DNA of 64,000 nucleotides from Clostridia bacterium (GCA_017465145.1 JAFTWU010000005.1:83394-147393), one strand, 5' to 3'; positions 20,952 to 31,958 are shown, numbered from the stretch's first letter. The notes: generated from the letters alone by a model not told the origin. Made by a program: numbers and translations.

Positions 20952-21072
20952 ATAAATCTCCAAAAGGCTTTACCATTTAGGTAAAGATTTTTTCATTTAA
21001 TAAACTAATTATAACACACTAATAAAAAATTGTAAAACTTTGCAAGAAAAAACTTTAAATGTACCAAAAATA

Positions 21073-21081
21073 TGTTACAAT
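21073..21081 (+). promoter_or_regulatory. Extended -10 (TGtTACAAT) 6 nt before the addB ATG (leaderless candidate)
   Basis: tg 21073-21074, tacaat 21076-21081, ATG 21088, no SD. Confidence 0.35.
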
Positions 21082-21087
21082 ATAAAT

Positions 21088-24000
21088 ATGGCAAAACTTA
21101 TCGTTACCGACAGTTATTTTAATAACTTTGAAACGCTAGTTAGTGAACTTGCGGGTAAAACCCAAGGTTTAGACGGGTGCAACCTAGTTTTCTGCGAAGA
21201 AAAGGTTTCACTTATGGCAGAGCGTTTCATTTGTAACGCCTTTAACGGCAGTTTCAATACCGAAGTTTATTCTTTCGGTAACTTTTTGCGTGTAAATAAA
21301 CCTAGCTTTAACCTTTTGTCAAAAGAAGGCTCTAGCATGGTGGTTAAAAAAATATTGTCTAATGCTCCGCTATCGTGTTTCCGCGCGGGCAAACACCTTC
21401 TTGCGCCCACCCTTTTTGAACTTATCACTCAACTTAAAAGCGCAAAAATTACCCCACAAGATTTACAAGGCGCGCTAAACGAAGTTAAAGGCACGCTTAA
21501 AAATAAACTTACCGATATAGCAAACGTTTATTCTCTTTACGAACAATTTATAAAAGAAAACGGTTACGACGACCAAAACTCCGCACTATCCTATTTGCCG
21601 GAAATTATAAATGAGTTGCCAAAAATTAAAAACGCCAACGTGTATATAATGGGTTACACGGGCTTTACCGCGCAAACTAGAAGTATAATAGGCGCACTTC
21701 TTAAAAACGCACGTTCAGTAACGGCAATTTTAACGGGTGGGGAAAACCGCTTTGCATACCTTAACGAAACGGTGCAACAGTTTAGGGAAATGGTTAGTGA
21801 TGCAGGTCAAACTTTAACAGAAGTTAACGCAAACGGACTAGCCTTAAAAGAAGCGCGTTTGATAGCGCAAAAAACCTTTAATCCAACGTCCTTAGCAGAA
21901 GTAAAAACGCCCACCGATAGAATTTTTTATTCACCCGTTGCAAATATCTATGCTGAAACGGAGCAAGTTGCATCTTTAATTAAAGAAAAGGTGTTGTCCG
22001 GCACGGCAAGATACCGCGATTTTTCCGTAATTTTACCCGACGTTAATAAGTATAAAGAAGAAATTAAGCGTGCATTTTCTACCCTTGATATCCCTTATTT
22101 TATCGACGAAAAGAAAACGCCTGAAAACCACCCGCTTATATCGTTAATTTCTTCTTACGTGGAAATATTCCGCAGGGGCGCAGATAAAGAAACGCTTGCA
22201 ACCTTTTATAAAAACCCCATAATTTGTCCCGATAAAAAATTAGCGGACGAATTTGAAACCTATCTATTAAAACATAATATCAGTTACGGCAGAATTAACG
22301 ATGCTATCCCCGTTGATAACCCTGCCGATGAAACTCTTGTTAAAATAGAAAATTTGCGCAAAAAGGTAAGCGATTTAATCGCAAACTTTAACGTGCGCGA
22401 ACTTCTTAAAAAATCTAACGCGAAAGTTGTGTTAGAAGGCTTTTCCGCTACGTTACTAGACCTTAACGAAGAAGAGCAGGCGGCGGTTAACGACCAAGTT
22501 TACGATGCGGTAGAAGGTATCCTTAACGAAATGGATAAACTTATCGGCGACGTAAAAATTGATTATAACGAATTTAAAAATATTTTCTTTAGCGGTATTT
22601 CCGCGCTAGAACTTTCTATACTTCCACAATATAACGACGCGGTGTTCGTTGGCGACTTTAAACAAGTTTCGCTAGCGCAAGAAAAATTCGTGTTCGCTAT
22701 GGGGTTAACTTCTGCCGTTCCGGGCGTAAAAGAAGACGTTGCCTTGCTTGACGATAACGATATTAACGCCCTATCGGTAATTAAAATTAAGGTAGAGCCT
22801 AAAATTAAAATAGTAAATCAGCGTGAAAAGGAAAGCGTAGTTATGGCGCTATCCGCCTTTACCGATAAACTATACTTAACGTATCCTATTGCCGATATAC
22901 ACGGCGAGCCCACGGTTAAGAGTGAAGTTATAGGCTATTTAGAAAGCATATTCGACCTTAAACCTATGCCGGAACCTAAAGAATATCTTACCCAAAAACA
23001 AGCGCTTAAAACCTTTGCGCGCACTTGCGGTGATTTTGTTGAAGGCAATACTGCCAACATGAAAAAGGCAACGGCGTTCTATTCAACCATTGATAAAGAT
23101 TTAGCACAAAAAATTATCACCTACGGCAAAAAAGAAGTAAAAGTTATGCTAGATAGTGGCGCTAACCTATTGATAGGGGACGTATCTTCGCCAAGCACGA
23201 TAGAAAATTACCATAAATGCCCCTATAAAATGTTTGCAGAGCGCGGTTTAGGACTTAACGAAAGAAATACGGGTATGGTAGATAGCGCGTCAATGGGCAC
23301 CATTTCGCACGAAATTTTCAAAGGATACGCCTCTAAAGTTAGCGAAGTTAACGACAAACAGTCTTCCGACACCCTTTTTGAAAAGGTTAGCCAAGAAGTT
23401 TTATCGCGTGATGATTTTGCGCCTTTCTTAAAAGACTGCGCGGGTAACGCTAGCCTTAAATATCTGCTTAAAGAGTGCAAAGCCTATTGCTATAAAATTT
23501 ATACGGGCGTGCAAAATTCCCCCTTTAATATTGAAAAGGGTAACCAAGAAGTGCGCTTTGGCGATTACGAGGGGTGTAAATATCCCGCAATACCGCTACT
23601 TGACGGTAAGGTTAAACTTAAAGGAACTATCGACCGCTTAGACGTTTGCGGAGATTACGTTAACGTTTTAGATTATAAAACGGGCAAATACGATTGTAGC
23701 GAAAAAGGGCTATTTTCGGGCAAGAGTTTGCAACTATATCTTTACGGGGCGGCGGTTAACGATAAAAAGATTGCAGGGCTTTATTATTGCGGTGTAAGTG
23801 AAGAGTTTAAAGACCCCGACAAGAAAACCGCAAAGACTTACGACGGCAAAACGCTTAATGCAACGCTAGTTGACGGCGCGATAGTGGTTGATAACGACAA
23901 CCCCGCGGAAACGGTAAACGTTTACGGTGAAGAAATTAAAAAAACCTTAAGCGAAACGGCAATTAACGCCTACGTAGATTACGCCCTAAAGGTAAGCGAA

Positions 24001-24180
24001 ATGGCGGTTGAAAGAATTAGCCAAGGGGTAATCGTTCCCTATCCGCTTGAAAAAGAGTGCGAATTCTGTAAGTTTAAGTCAATGTGCAAAAACGCTGGCG
24101 AAGAAAGAAAGATAGGTAGCGTTTCAACGGGTACGATTCTTGACGCAGTTACCTTAAAAGAACAAAACGAAGAAAATTAA
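21088..24180 (+). CDS. addB: Helicase-nuclease AddAB, subunit B (RexB-like, no Walker A)
   Basis: Start MAKLIVTDSYF. C-terminal RecB-type nuclease GTIDRLDV...VLDYKTGK. Fe-S cysteines YHKCPYKMF and CEFCKFKSMC. Directly upstream of addA. Confidence 0.88.
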   Translation: MAKLIVTDSYFNNFETLVSELAGKTQGLDGCNLVFCEEKVSLMAERFICNAFNGSFNTEVYSFGNFLRVNKPSFNLLSKEGSSMVVKKILSNAPLSCFRAGKHLLAPTLFELITQLKSAKITPQDLQGALNEVKGTLKNKLTDIANVYSLYEQFIKENGYDDQNSALSYLPEIINELPKIKNANVYIMGYTGFTAQTRSIIGALLKNARSVTAILTGGENRFAYLNETVQQFREMVSDAGQTLTEVNANGLALKEARLIAQKTFNPTSLAEVKTPTDRIFYSPVANIYAETEQVASLIKEKVLSGTARYRDFSVILPDVNKYKEEIKRAFSTLDIPYFIDEKKTPENHPLISLISSYVEIFRRGADKETLATFYKNPIICPDKKLADEFETYLLKHNISYGRINDAIPVDNPADETLVKIENLRKKVSDLIANFNVRELLKKSNAKVVLEGFSATLLDLNEEEQAAVNDQVYDAVEGILNEMDKLIGDVKIDYNEFKNIFFSGISALELSILPQYNDAVFVGDFKQVSLAQEKFVFAMGLTSAVPGVKEDVALLDDNDINALSVIKIKVEPKIKIVNQREKESVVMALSAFTDKLYLTYPIADIHGEPTVKSEVIGYLESIFDLKPMPEPKEYLTQKQALKTFARTCGDFVEGNTANMKKATAFYSTIDKDLAQKIITYGKKEVKVMLDSGANLLIGDVSSPSTIENYHKCPYKMFAERGLGLNERNTGMVDSASMGTISHEIFKGYASKVSEVNDKQSSDTLFEKVSQEVLSRDDFAPFLKDCAGNASLKYLLKECKAYCYKIYTGVQNSPFNIEKGNQEVRFGDYEGCKYPAIPLLDGKVKLKGTIDRLDVCGDYVNVLDYKTGKYDCSEKGLFSGKSLQLYLYGAAVNDKKIAGLYYCGVSEEFKDPDKKTAKTYDGKTLNATLVDGAIVVDNDNPAETVNVYGEEIKKTLSETAINAYVDYALKVSEMAVERISQGVIVPYPLEKECEFCKFKSMCKNAGEERKIGSVSTGTILDAVTLKEQNEEN

Positions 24181-24222
24181 AAGAGCGTGGCAACGTAAAA
24201 GCCACTAAAATCAAAGGATAAA

Positions 24223-27200
24223 ATGGCAAAATTAACCTTAAAAAAAGAGCAAATTGATGCAATAAATCATAATAACGGCAATATTTTAGTTTCCGCGTCA
24301 GCAGGCAGCGGAAAGACTTTCGTTATGATTGAAAGGTTAATAAGGCTTATCGTAGAAAATCAAACGTCGGTAGAAAACGTGCTTGCTATGACGTTCACCG
24401 AATCTGCCGCCGCAGAGATGAAAGAAAAACTTAAAAAAGCACTTTGCGATAAAATTAACGAAGGGCAAAAGGAATTAACCGACCAACTTGCCTTAGTTCC
24501 TACGGCGGATATCAGCACGATACACTCTTTTTGCGGAAAATTAATTAGAAAATATTTCTACGTAACGGGCGTATCGCCAGATTTTTCTATTTGCGATGAA
24601 CAACAATCAAGTCTATTAAAAGCGCGCGCTATAAACGGCGTGTTCTCTAGCCTATACGAAAGTGGGGAGAGTTGGTTTTACGACCTTTTCGATAAATACG
24701 CGTCTAAGCGTTTCGATACCACCCTTAAAGAAGTGGTAGATACTGTCTACGATTTTATTATAAGTGAAGAAAATCCCAAAGAACTTTTATACAAGGGGCT
24801 AGAAACCTATACAGTAGACGGACATTTACAATTAAAACGTAAGTTTAAGGAAGAGATAATCGACCAAAAAGTTAAATCGTATATTTCGGCAACACAAAAG
24901 TTACAAGAAAAATGCGGTCAATATTCACTTGTTAAAGGCGTTGCTTTTTGCGATAAAATGCTTGATAAAATGCAAGACGCCTTATCTTGCGATATAAACG
25001 GGTTAACGAACGTTGCTTTAAGTCTACTACGCCTAAATTTCGACAAGGTTGAAGATATAGAACTTATCAAAATTAAAGAATCCGTTCAAACGGTTAACAA
25101 AAACTTTAACGCGCTTATTAAGGAAGGGGTAGAGTACTTAAAAGAAGACTTTAACTCTATCATAGATTGCAAACAAACGGCGGAAAATCTTGCAAAGCTT
25201 GTGCTTGCAGTTAAGGAAAGTTACGATAGTTTAAAGGGTGAAGAAAATCTTTTAGACTTTAACGACCTAGAACATTTTGCTCTTGCCACCTTGCAAGACG
25301 AAACGGTAAGAGATGACGTTGCTAGTAAATATAAATTCGTTTTCGTTGACGAATATCAAGACACCAACGGCGTTCAAGAAGCAATACTTAAACTTATCAA
25401 TAAAGACAACGTGTTTATGGTTGGCGATGAAAAACAATGCATTTACGCCTTCCGCGGTTGCCGACCAGAATTTTTCCGCACTAAATACGGCGTTATGAAA
25501 AAAGACGGGCAAGCCACCGTTGACCTTAACTATAACTTCCGTTCAGCCCCCAAAATTTTAGATGCCGTTAACGAAATTTTCAACTATTCAATGACGGAAA
25601 AAGAATACGGGCTAAACTATAAAAACACTCAGCAGTTAAAGGCGGGTGGCGTTTATCCAGAAGAAGCGGGCGGAAAGGTTAAACTTCATTTTTTCCGCGA
25701 AAAAGGTCGCACTAAAGCGGGCGAAGAACTTCCCCGTATCTACGACGTTTTAGAAGAATTTAACGCCCTTAAAGAAGACAAAAAGGTTGCCGACGTATCT
25801 TCGCTTATATCAAAAATTATTTACGACGAACTTGGCACTAAATATTATGATTTTAAGTCAAAAACCTATAAAACGGTTACCTTAAACGATATCGTAGTTT
25901 TAGACTATCACAAAAAGGGCTCTTACGTTGAAAAACTTGTAAAGGGGCTTGTTGCACACGGCATACCCGTAACTTCTGGGGTAAAACAAAACATATGCGA
26001 ATACCCCGAAATAGACGTGCTTATAAACGCCCTTAAACTTATAGATAGTTTTCAGCAAGATATCCCCTTAGCAATTACCCTTAAAAGCGTTATCGGTAAT
26101 TTTAGTGAAGAAGACCTTGCTCAGATTGCCCTAAAATATAAAGAAATAGGTGAGTACGACGGCTTTTCTAAGGCGTATGCGCACTATCTTGAAACTGAAA
26201 GTGGCGAACTTTACGACAGGCTTTTTGCCTTTAACGAATACTATAAAAAATTGCGCAGTCTAGCCGATTTTTACAGCGCGCAAGACGTGTTGTTCAAGTT
26301 GGTTAACGATAGCGATATGGAAACTTTCTGTTATGCAGAAAAGATGGGCTATTCAAAGGTAAGGCATATAAGACAGTTTATATCCCTTGCAGTATCGGGC
26401 ACTAAAAAATATTCGGTAAGGGAATTTTTATCCGTTATTGAAAACTCTCCCGAAGCCTTTGAAGTTTTCGAGCCTATTGAAGAAGACACCGTGCGCGTTA
26501 TGACGATACACGCGTCTAAAGGGCTAGAATTCCCCATAGTTATCCTTGCCGAAGCGGAAGGGGGAATAAGCACGCGCAATCTAAAATCAAACGTTATCTA
26601 CACGCGTGAAGACGGCTTTGCACTAAAGCGTTTCGACACGGAAAACCGCACTACTAACGAAACGTTGTTCCGTGCTTACGTAAGAAATAAAATTCACCAA
26701 AACAGCATAAAAGAAGCGTTAAGAACCTTTTACGTTGGCACTACGCGTGCAAAATACGGCATGCATATAGTCTTTTCTGGTACGGAAGACGTGCGCCAAT
26801 CCGCCTTTTGTGATGCTAAAGGCTACGCGGACTTTATTCCTTATACCTTGCCCGTTGAAGAACACGACGTAACCGACTTTGATTTTATCGACTTTAAACA
26901 AGACGTAAGGGAAGTGTTGTTTGCCGAAACTGACGAAGAGTTTGCAAAAGAACTTAAAACGCGCTTTGCGTTTAACTATCCATATCAAGAAGAAACAACT
27001 TTGCCCCTAAAGACAAGCGTAACGGGTGCGGTTAGCAGATTTAACGGCGAAACCGTTTATACTTATTTAGAAGACGACGGCTCTACGGGTGCAGAGCGCG
27101 GTATAATAGCGCACAAGGTTATGGAAAACCTTGACTTTAATAACGCAGATTTCAGCGCTCAAATTGAAAAGATAAAAAGCACGGGCATACTTACCGAAGA

Positions 27201-27567
27201 GCAACTATCTAGCATTAACCTAGAGCGTATTAAAAGGGTAGTATCTATGGGCGTGCTTAACGATTTTACAGGCACGCTATACCGCGAAAAGCAGTTTATA
27301 GCAAACTTTTCGGCAAGCGAAGTGTTTAACGTTAGCTCTAGCGAACCCGTTCTAATTCAAGGTGTTATCGACCTTCTTGCAATAGACGGGACTACCGCGA
27401 AAATTGCCGACTATAAATATTCGCTATTAGATAAAGATAGCCTTAAGAAAAAATATAATAAGCAACTTGACTTATACGCTAGCGCGGTGGAAAAATCTAC
27501 CGGAAAAAAGGTCGTTAAAAAGGTGCTTATCAATATCTATTCGGGCGACGTTATCACTCTTGATTAA
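24223..27567 (+). CDS. addA: Helicase-nuclease AddAB, subunit A (UvrD/PcrA-like helicase + nuclease)
   Basis: 1114 aa. Walker A SASAGSGKTF, FVDEYQDTN, C-terminal nuclease GVIDLLAIDG...IADYKYS. Confidence 0.92.
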   Translation: MAKLTLKKEQIDAINHNNGNILVSASAGSGKTFVMIERLIRLIVENQTSVENVLAMTFTESAAAEMKEKLKKALCDKINEGQKELTDQLALVPTADISTIHSFCGKLIRKYFYVTGVSPDFSICDEQQSSLLKARAINGVFSSLYESGESWFYDLFDKYASKRFDTTLKEVVDTVYDFIISEENPKELLYKGLETYTVDGHLQLKRKFKEEIIDQKVKSYISATQKLQEKCGQYSLVKGVAFCDKMLDKMQDALSCDINGLTNVALSLLRLNFDKVEDIELIKIKESVQTVNKNFNALIKEGVEYLKEDFNSIIDCKQTAENLAKLVLAVKESYDSLKGEENLLDFNDLEHFALATLQDETVRDDVASKYKFVFVDEYQDTNGVQEAILKLINKDNVFMVGDEKQCIYAFRGCRPEFFRTKYGVMKKDGQATVDLNYNFRSAPKILDAVNEIFNYSMTEKEYGLNYKNTQQLKAGGVYPEEAGGKVKLHFFREKGRTKAGEELPRIYDVLEEFNALKEDKKVADVSSLISKIIYDELGTKYYDFKSKTYKTVTLNDIVVLDYHKKGSYVEKLVKGLVAHGIPVTSGVKQNICEYPEIDVLINALKLIDSFQQDIPLAITLKSVIGNFSEEDLAQIALKYKEIGEYDGFSKAYAHYLETESGELYDRLFAFNEYYKKLRSLADFYSAQDVLFKLVNDSDMETFCYAEKMGYSKVRHIRQFISLAVSGTKKYSVREFLSVIENSPEAFEVFEPIEEDTVRVMTIHASKGLEFPIVILAEAEGGISTRNLKSNVIYTREDGFALKRFDTENRTTNETLFRAYVRNKIHQNSIKEALRTFYVGTTRAKYGMHIVFSGTEDVRQSAFCDAKGYADFIPYTLPVEEHDVTDFDFIDFKQDVREVLFAETDEEFAKELKTRFAFNYPYQEETTLPLKTSVTGAVSRFNGETVYTYLEDDGSTGAERGIIAHKVMENLDFNNADFSAQIEKIKSTGILTEEQLSSINLERIKRVVSMGVLNDFTGTLYREKQFIANFSASEVFNVSSSEPVLIQGVIDLLAIDGTTAKIADYKYSLLDKDSLKKKYNKQLDLYASAVEKSTGKKVVKKVLINIYSGDVITLD

Positions 27568-27688
27568 CGGGTATTGCCTAAAATTACTTAAAAAAATAAA
27601 AATTAAATAAAAAAAGACAAAAACGCCTATCATTTTTTATTTTGCGACAACGGTTAAAGTTTAGCATAAGGGAAAGGGGGCGTTTTTT

Positions 27689-28450
27689 ATGTCAAACTTT
27701 CTTTTAACGTTAAAAAATTTTTTCACCACGGAATCGGGCACTATCTTTTTAATTGAAAGCATAATTTTAACGGTGGCGTTTATTTTGTGCTTAGGTTTTA
27801 GTATTTTTCGTGTGGGATATTCAATAAAACATAGGGTATGGTTCTTTTTTACGGCGTCTGGGGTGGTGTGTGCGGAATTTGGCGCGTCTATTTTAGTCGG
27901 CAGATTCGGCACGGGCTTTATAATGCTTTTTATCGCCCTTGTTTATTTTTCTATCGTAATTTCCATAAGAACTTTGCCCGATAAAGCCACCGATAAACAA
28001 AAAGATTTCGTTAAATATCTTAACGAAAGTATATATCGTGCGGAAAAGCCTGTGGAAAGGGGTGCGCGTAAAGATGGTGATGCCGATAAAGAAAACAACG
28101 TGCTAAAATTTATAAAAAACGATGGGCGAAATAGTTTAGTCCCACCCCGAAATATAGAAAAGAAAAAATGCGAAATATCGCACGCTAGCGCGGGTGTACA
28201 AGGCGATAATGGACACTCTGACGCCCTTGACGAAACGCAAGAAATTAAAGACGTAGATTTTTCACACGTTAAAAACGTCATAGATAGACTTTCTTATTTT
28301 AACTTAACTTCAAACGATAGACGGCAAATTAAAGAATTAGAACTTAGTCTAATTGATGCGGAAACCAACGGATACACCATAGACGTAAAGGAAAAAATTA
28401 ACGCGGGGCTAGGCTCACTTCTCAAAATAATGTCAAAATACGGCGCGTAA
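27689..28450 (+). CDS. Hypothetical membrane protein
   Basis: 253 aa. About 3 N-terminal TM helices and a charged C-terminal half. SD aaggggg. Confidence 0.6.
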   Translation: MSNFLLTLKNFFTTESGTIFLIESIILTVAFILCLGFSIFRVGYSIKHRVWFFFTASGVVCAEFGASILVGRFGTGFIMLFIALVYFSIVISIRTLPDKATDKQKDFVKYLNESIYRAEKPVERGARKDGDADKENNVLKFIKNDGRNSLVPPRNIEKKKCEISHASAGVQGDNGHSDALDETQEIKDVDFSHVKNVIDRLSYFNLTSNDRRQIKELELSLIDAETNGYTIDVKEKINAGLGSLLKIMSKYGA

Positions 28451-28481
28451 AGGTTAAAAATACGCGCTTTTTAAATATCCG

Positions 28482-28510
28482 TTGACAGATTTTAGATGTT
28501 AGTATATAAT
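28482..28510 (+). promoter_or_regulatory. Promoter TTGACA-17-TATAAT
   Basis: ttgaca 28482-28487, tataat 28505-28510. Confidence 0.55.
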
Positions 28511-28555
28511 TAAACTAATAGTTATCACTTCGGTTAAATAATCGTCGGGGGTTAT

Positions 28556-29599
28556 ATGAGAAAAAAATTAATCGTTTTATCACTTGCCGTATTGATGTCG
28601 GCGCTATCGGTGTTTTCTGGTTGTGCAAAACCTTTCACCGTAACGTTTGACGGTAACGGCGGTGAATACGTATCTGGTCAACAAATACAAACGGTAACAA
28701 AATCTAGCGAACTTGTTCCGCCCGTCTATACTAGAACGGGGTACACTTTGGTTGCTTGGAGTGAAATTTTAAGCGAACTTAAAGCAGATGCAACCGCTAA
28801 AGCACTTTGGCGCGCAAATACTTATACGTTAACTTATCAGCAAGGTGCGGAATATACCCTTTCTGCAACTTCTAAACAAGTCGTTTACGATCAACTTGTG
28901 GGCGAATTGCCAGAACCCGTTTATACGGACGACACCCACTATTTTGATTGTTGGCGCATTGTAGCACCGGGCACTTCATACGACGGCTTAAAGGTGAGCG
29001 CAAGCGATACTTGGCAAATTGATAGCGACGTAACCCTTGTCCCCACTTTTACTTTTAGCCACTATAAAATTACCTATAAGGGTATGGATGGCGCTAAGTT
29101 AGACGGCGAAAACCCCAACCGCTATGATGAAACTACGGGTGATATAACCCTAATTAACCCCACTAAAGACGGCTATAAATTCCTTGGTTGGTCAGTTAGC
29201 GGTCAAACGGGACTTTTAGATACCGTGGTTATCCCTGCGGGCTCTACCGGAAATAAAACCTTTACGGCTAATTGGGAAAAATACGATTACACCGTTAACT
29301 TCGTGGTAAGCGACGTTGTTTACGGCAAAAAGATTACTATGCTTTATAACGGCTCTGCTGCAAACTTTACCCGTTGGATAGACGAAGGCGAAAGCTTTGG
29401 CGAAAACATGCCCACCCTAACTTTTAAGGAAGGCGACGAACTTGCTTATAGATTCGGTGGTTGGTACGTTTACGGCTTAAACAACGTTAAAGTTCCATTT
29501 AACGCTAGCACGGTGTTTAACGCAGACCTTATGGGTGTTAACGATTCTATAACCGTTTACGTAGACGTTGCACCTTTATACACCAAACCTTACGCTTAA
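28556..29599 (+). CDS. Listeria-Bacteroides-repeat lipoprotein
   Basis: 347 aa. Lipobox VFSGC. Repeats VTFDGNGGEYVSG...TRTGYTLVAWS and DGYKFLGWS. Confidence 0.8.
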   Translation: MRKKLIVLSLAVLMSALSVFSGCAKPFTVTFDGNGGEYVSGQQIQTVTKSSELVPPVYTRTGYTLVAWSEILSELKADATAKALWRANTYTLTYQQGAEYTLSATSKQVVYDQLVGELPEPVYTDDTHYFDCWRIVAPGTSYDGLKVSASDTWQIDSDVTLVPTFTFSHYKITYKGMDGAKLDGENPNRYDETTGDITLINPTKDGYKFLGWSVSGQTGLLDTVVIPAGSTGNKTFTANWEKYDYTVNFVVSDVVYGKKITMLYNGSAANFTRWIDEGESFGENMPTLTFKEGDELAYRFGGWYVYGLNNVKVPFNASTVFNADLMGVNDSITVYVDVAPLYTKPYA

Positions 29600-29682
29600 A
29601 AAATAACTTGATTTAAGTTATAAAATTAACTAATATTGCCACCGTAGAATATAATGCATAAAAGCATTTAAAGGAGACTGCG

Positions 29683-30225
29683 GTGGCAAATTTTTTATAC
29701 TGTGAAACTAGAAAAAAGGCAAAAACTTATCCGCTAGATAGCGACATTGTTGCTATTGCGCCACTATTTATTAGCGCGCGCGGAAAGGTTAATATAGCAA
29801 TTCACTATTTAAGTTATTACAACGCTTTACTAGAAGGAAAAAAAGAAGATTCCGCCCAACTTTTTCTTAAAATTTTAATTGATAAAATTAAGCAAGTTAA
29901 CCTATTAAACGCGCTATTTTTATCGCACGGAATAGACGCTAAAAGGTTGCTTAATTATCAACACTTTAGCGATAACGTTAAAATGGAAAGTATTAACGTA
30001 TCCCGTTTTAACAAAGAGCGTTTTGCAAAAAGAGAAGTTAAAAGCGCACTATTAGACGCCGTTACCTTAGAGATGGATTTTGTTTTATCTTGCGCAAAAA
30101 TACTTCCCGTTATAAAACGCAAAGAGATAAAAGAAACGCTTAAACAAATCGTACAAATTGACTGCGCGCACGCGATATTGATAGGTAGTGAACTAGAAAA
30201 ACTTTCCCCGTTAATACGTTATTAA
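29683..30225 (+). CDS. Hypothetical protein (helical)
   Basis: 180 aa. GTG start 6 nt after aggag. No motif recognised. Confidence 0.5.
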   Translation: MANFLYCETRKKAKTYPLDSDIVAIAPLFISARGKVNIAIHYLSYYNALLEGKKEDSAQLFLKILIDKIKQVNLLNALFLSHGIDAKRLLNYQHFSDNVKMESINVSRFNKERFAKREVKSALLDAVTLEMDFVLSCAKILPVIKRKEIKETLKQIVQIDCAHAILIGSELEKLSPLIRY

Positions 30226-30344
30226 CGCCATCAATAAATCTTTTGGTGTTAGCGCAAAAAGTCTTAAACCCGTAAAAAAAACAAGTATTATATAAAAAAA
30301 CTTGCAAAAAAGACTAATAATACTTTTAAAAAGTATTTTTTATA

Positions 30345-30373
30345 TTGATTTTACCCGTTTTTTGGTATATAAT
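30345..30373 (+). promoter_or_regulatory. Promoter TTGATT-17-TATAAT
   Basis: ttgatt 30345-30350, tataat 30368-30373. Confidence 0.5.
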
Positions 30374-30414
30374 AAACAAGTAAAAGTATATTTTGCATCA
30401 GTAAGGAGTAAGTT

Positions 30415-31215
30415 ATGTTCTTTAAAAAGAAAAAATTGAACACGACAGAACAAGGTAGAATAGTCGTTACCGAAAGTGGCAACGCTTGTGCAGACTATAA
30501 CCGTTTAAAAGATAATATTCTTTTTATGAACGCTAGTGGCGACAAAAAGGTTATTCAAATTGAATCTTCTTTGTCACACGAATGTAAAACCACCGTTGCT
30601 TGCAATTTAGCGGCAAGTTTAGGCTTTACCGAAAAGAAAGTTATCGTTGTTGACCTTGATTTCCGCAGACCTAGGGTACACAGGGCTTTTGGTATTTCAA
30701 AGGATAACGGTATTGCCGAATATATGCTTGGCAACTGCACTAAGGAACAAGTTATTAAAAAGGACGTTTGCAAAAATGTTGACGTTTTAACGCGCGGTGG
30801 CGATATCCACAACTCTTCTTTAGTTCTCGTTTCTGAAAAGTTCAAAAATCTTATTCAAGAACTCCGCGATGAATACGACTACGTTATTTTAGACTGCGCA
30901 CCCGTTCTTTTGGTGTCAGACTATATTCACGTTTCAAAGGTTTCTGATGCAGTTTTATTCTTGGTTGCTTACGGACAAACCACCAAGAGCCAAGTTGCCG
31001 ACGCTATTAAAGAACTCCGCAACAACGACGTTAATATTATGGGCACGGTATTTACTATGTACGATAGAAAAAAGGACAAGAACTACGGCCTATACTATTA
31101 CAAAAATAGATATTATAAATATTACGATACTTATAGTGGCAGTTACGTTGATAGTGAAAAAGAAAAACTAGAAGAAGAAAAATACGAAGAAAGTATCGCA
31201 TCTAAAAAAGACTAG
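30415..31215 (+). CDS. BY-kinase-like (CpsD/CapB/YwqD-type) tyrosine kinase with a non-canonical P-loop
   Basis: 266 aa. Walker A' VIVVDLDFRRP, Walker B DYVILDCAPV, C-terminal Tyr cluster YGLYYYKNRYYKYYDTYSGSY. The P-loop reads SSLSHECKTT instead of xxPGEGKST. Confidence 0.75.
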   Translation: MFFKKKKLNTTEQGRIVVTESGNACADYNRLKDNILFMNASGDKKVIQIESSLSHECKTTVACNLAASLGFTEKKVIVVDLDFRRPRVHRAFGISKDNGIAEYMLGNCTKEQVIKKDVCKNVDVLTRGGDIHNSSLVLVSEKFKNLIQELRDEYDYVILDCAPVLLVSDYIHVSKVSDAVLFLVAYGQTTKSQVADAIKELRNNDVNIMGTVFTMYDRKKDKNYGLYYYKNRYYKYYDTYSGSYVDSEKEKLEEEKYEESIASKKD

Positions 31216-31250
31216 TAAAACCAAAGTTAATTAGGTTTTAAGGGGAAAAT

Positions 31251-31940
31251 ATGATTGATATTCACGCACATATATTGCCGTTTGTGGACGATGGCAGTTC
31301 TTCTTTAGAAGAATCGCTAGATATGTTGCGTAGCGCGCACGAATCGGGCGTTACCGATATTATTTGCACCCCACACTTGCGCAACCAATTCAATAAAACT
31401 CCAAGCGAATTAAAGGTCGCTTTTGACGAGTTTAAGACAGCGGTTAAAAACGCCGAAATCCCCATAAACGTATATTTAGGACAAGAAATTTATCTTGGCT
31501 ACGGCTATAAAAAACTTTTTAGTGAAGATAAAATAGTAACGCTAAACGACACGAAATACGTGCTTGCAGAGTTTAATTATTTTGAGCGTAGGGATATTGC
31601 CGAAACGTTTTACGACCTTACTACGCTTGGCTATAAGCCGATAGTTGCCCACGTTGAAAGATACCGCTATTTGAGTTTAGAAGATATATACGAAATTAAA
31701 CAGGTTGGCGGGCTTATACAAGTTAATGCAGATTCTATCGTTGGCGAAGGAAAGAAGGTACATTTAAGGCTTGTTAAAAAGTTATTTAAGCACGGACTTG
31801 TAGATTTTGTGGCAAGCGACTCTCACGCGGAAAGACCTTTTAATATGAAAAACGCCTATAATTATATAGCGAAAAAATTCGGCATAGAAGTTGCCGAAGT
31901 TGTATTTAAGTTAAATGCACAAGAAATTATAAACGGGTAA
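31251..31940 (+). CDS. PHP-family protein-tyrosine phosphatase (CpsB/YwqE-type)
   Basis: 229 aa. MIDIHAHILPFVDDG, CTPH, SDSH motifs. Confidence 0.88.
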   Translation: MIDIHAHILPFVDDGSSSLEESLDMLRSAHESGVTDIICTPHLRNQFNKTPSELKVAFDEFKTAVKNAEIPINVYLGQEIYLGYGYKKLFSEDKIVTLNDTKYVLAEFNYFERRDIAETFYDLTTLGYKPIVAHVERYRYLSLEDIYEIKQVGGLIQVNADSIVGEGKKVHLRLVKKLFKHGLVDFVASDSHAERPFNMKNAYNYIAKKFGIEVAEVVFKLNAQEIING

Positions 31941-31958
31941 GCGGTGCTTACCCGTTTT
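31931..31958 (+). terminator. Terminator overlapping the stop codon
   Basis: aaacgggtaagc/gcttacccgttt followed by T. Confidence 0.65.
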
